The notes beneath the pieces are model-generated. The model did not search any database. It was not told the DNA's origin and saw nothing but the letters and a program-made list of their open reading frames with translations. Positions 62,232 to 64,000 of a DNA stretch of 64,000 bases are shown piece after piece (the first letter of the stretch is position 1; every line of letters begins with the position of its first letter). The DNA is taken from the IMG/VR virus record IMGVR_UViG_3300022752_000026, positions 32,001 to 96,000 of that record. One strand, 5' to 3'. Source of the DNA: a virus. The position numbers were made by a program, and so were the translations under genes.

Positions 62232-64000
62232 CAGTATTTATCTCCCCAAGTCTCTAGTGGACCATCAACATCCGCTGTAAGTGGGACAGCCCAGCCTTCT
62301 TCGGTTGTCATACATTGCTGAACAATTCTTTTTATTTCTTCAGCATCTTCTCGTGGTGCTTGTAAAACAATTTCATCGTGGACAGGAACAATCAATAGTT
62401 CAGTCAAGTCTGCTTGGTCCAGTTTTACAAGGTTACTTTTGAAGACCTCTGCCGCCCCACCTTGAATCAAATAATTTACAAGAGTGTAGACACGACCTTG
62501 GTCGCAAGGGATTCTTCTTCCAGTCCAAGTATGAACAAATCCTTGACCAGTATCGCGCTCTCGCATCATTCCAACATGTTCAATTTCTTTTTGGAAACGA
62601 ATCATTCCTGGATAGCGAATATCAAATGCGTCTGATACCGAGCGCATTTGCTCCTCAGCAACTCCAGCAGTAATTGCTTGTTTAGCAACACCTGCTCCGT
62701 AAAGACGACCATAAACCATTCCTTTGATAAGAGTTCTGCGCTTATCAGACTTTTGCATATCTGGTTCTTGATAAACCTCACGTCCAATTTCAGTGAACGG
62801 GTCAGAACCAATTTGGTCAGCACGATTGAATAGTCGTATCAAGTTCGGGTCTTGCGACAAAGACGCAAACATACGGAACTCAACTTGGTCAAGGTCAGAT
62901 GTAATGATGACATGCTTGTCATCTCTAGGAATAAATGCTCGGCGCACAGTTTCGTCTCCCTTAGGAAGAGTCTGTAGCGCTGGGTCAGTAATTGACATAC
63001 GCGATGTCCGTGCGCCGAGCGTTTTGACGGATGGATGAAGAACCCCATCAATATTTTTATCAATGAAGTTCAAAAAATAAGTATTAGCAAGTTTTTCCGC
63101 TTTGCGTAACTGAACAACTGTTTCAGCAAGATTTTTTACTTCAGCATTACCATCTCTAATAAGAAGTTTTAGTTGGTCTTTTGTGCACGCCTTTTGCCCA
63201 CTTGGGGTGAGTTCAGTAATCTCTCCACCCAACTTTTCAAAGAGACGGACAAGTTGAATATTGCTTGTAAGGCTTGTTCCAGAGTAGGTATTAGCACCCC
63301 ACTCTTTAACACTTGTTGTGTAATCAATTAGTTCTTGATATTTCTTGCGTGAGTAATCAACATCAATGCGAGCGCCATTGATTTCCATACGAGTGACAAT
63401 TTTGCGGGTTGCCATTTCAAGTTCATATGCCTTGTGATATGGCTTTCCAGGGCCGCACTTTTCATAAAATTTTTCCCAAAGACGCATAGTTAGGATTGGG
63501 TCAAGCGCACCGTAAGCCCAATAAGGCTCAAAGTTGATGGGAACAGTTCCCCAAGTCCAACCATTTTCAACTAAACCTTCATCTAGTTTTTGTTGAAGAT
63601 ATGCGCCTCTTGGGTCAATAATATTTTCTGCTAATACTTTCAAAGCACCTGGACCAAGTGGGTCAATCAGATGAGCCATAATCATTGTGTCGTGAGCACG
63701 GTGCCAAGGAATTTCCCAACGAGATTTGATTGCAAACCATCGTGCTTCAAACGCTATGTTGTGACAAACAAGTGGGCCATCAAACTTATCCATTGCTTCA
63801 TAAAAAACTCCAGACCATTCGTTCCAAGGAATTGCCCAACCCTTTTGAGAATCACCAACTTGAACAAGTCTTAAATCTCCATGCCAAGGAGATAAAGCAT
63901 CACTTCGTGGTCTTCCTGGTCGTTCACCAGTTTCAGTATCAATAGCAATCGCGTTGTAAGGACGACGCTCACCGAGCCAATGAATAAAATCCGAGGCTTT
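62231..64000 (-). CDS. polA: Family A DNA polymerase with 3'-5' exonuclease (5' end outside window)
   Basis: Frame stays open from 63793 to 64000 and contains IAIDTET; motif A DLDQVEFR, motif B KGMVYGRLYG, motif C VHDE. Confidence 0.95.
   Translation of the reverse strand, partial: KASDFIHWLGERRPYNAIAIDTETGERPGRPRSDALSPWHGDLRLVQVGDSQKGWAIPWNEWSGVFYEAMDKFDGPLVCHNIAFEARWFAIKSRWEIPWHRAHDTMIMAHLIDPLGPGALKVLAENIIDPRGAYLQQKLDEGLVENGWTWGTVPINFEPYWAYGALDPILTMRLWEKFYEKCGPGKPYHKAYELEMATRKIVTRMEINGARIDVDYSRKKYQELIDYTTSVKEWGANTYSGTSLTSNIQLVRLFEKLGGEITELTPSGQKACTKDQLKLLIRDGNAEVKNLAETVVQLRKAEKLANTYFLNFIDKNIDGVLHPSVKTLGARTSRMSITDPALQTLPKGDETVRRAFIPRDDKHVIITSDLDQVEFRMFASLSQDPNLIRLFNRADQIGSDPFTEIGREVYQEPDMQKSDKRRTLIKGMVYGRLYGAGVAKQAITAGVAEEQMRSVSDAFDIRYPGMIRFQKEIEHVGMMRERDTGQGFVHTWTGRRIPCDQGRVYTLVNYLIQGGAAEVFKSNLVKLDQADLTELLIVPVHDEIVLQAPREDAEEIKRIVQQCMTTEEGWAVPLTADVDGPLETWGDKY

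Noticed and set aside
63793-64000. PolA starting at 63793, or split by an intron/intein
   Set aside because: The frame is open to the window edge and includes the ExoI motif; the gene is simply cut by the window.

Overview
A 64-kb slice of a tailed dsDNA phage genome. The host is probably an actinobacterium with relatively low GC, such as a freshwater lineage; this is inferred from two WhiB regulators, DUF3039, NrdH, an FmdB-type zinc ribbon and pervasive leaderless promoters. Layout: a leftward block of small genes and two GT2-like glycosyltransferases (1-4.1 kb); class II RNR, NrdH, SpeD, a CHAP endolysin/membrane cassette, thermonuclease and tRNA-Gly (5-11 kb); two DNA methyltransferases and a mosaic of small independently promoted genes with HNH/PD-(D/E)XK nucleases (11.5-21 kb); a serine recombinase, a 1271-aa exported PA14/coiled-coil/EEPPA protein with a small 2-TM partner, TerL and a convergent primase-helicase (21-31 kb); a ~20-kb collagen-like/Gly-rich fibre cluster followed by GT2-TPR and methyltransferase genes (33-55 kb); and a leftward replication block (WhiB x2, SSB, Sak4-like ATPase, Cas4-like nuclease, SNF2 helicase, RuvC-like resolvase, PolA running off the end). 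No portal, capsid or tape-measure gene was recognised. The most unexplained signals are a four-copy, same-orientation intergenic element (core TAACGGAATGAAGGCGCGAA) tied to overlapping divergent promoters, an adjacent 86-nt structured RNA candidate, apparent absence of GATC/TCGA/AGCT, and a collagen-fibre plus glycosylation module. All calls come from reading the sequence by eye; no searches were run.
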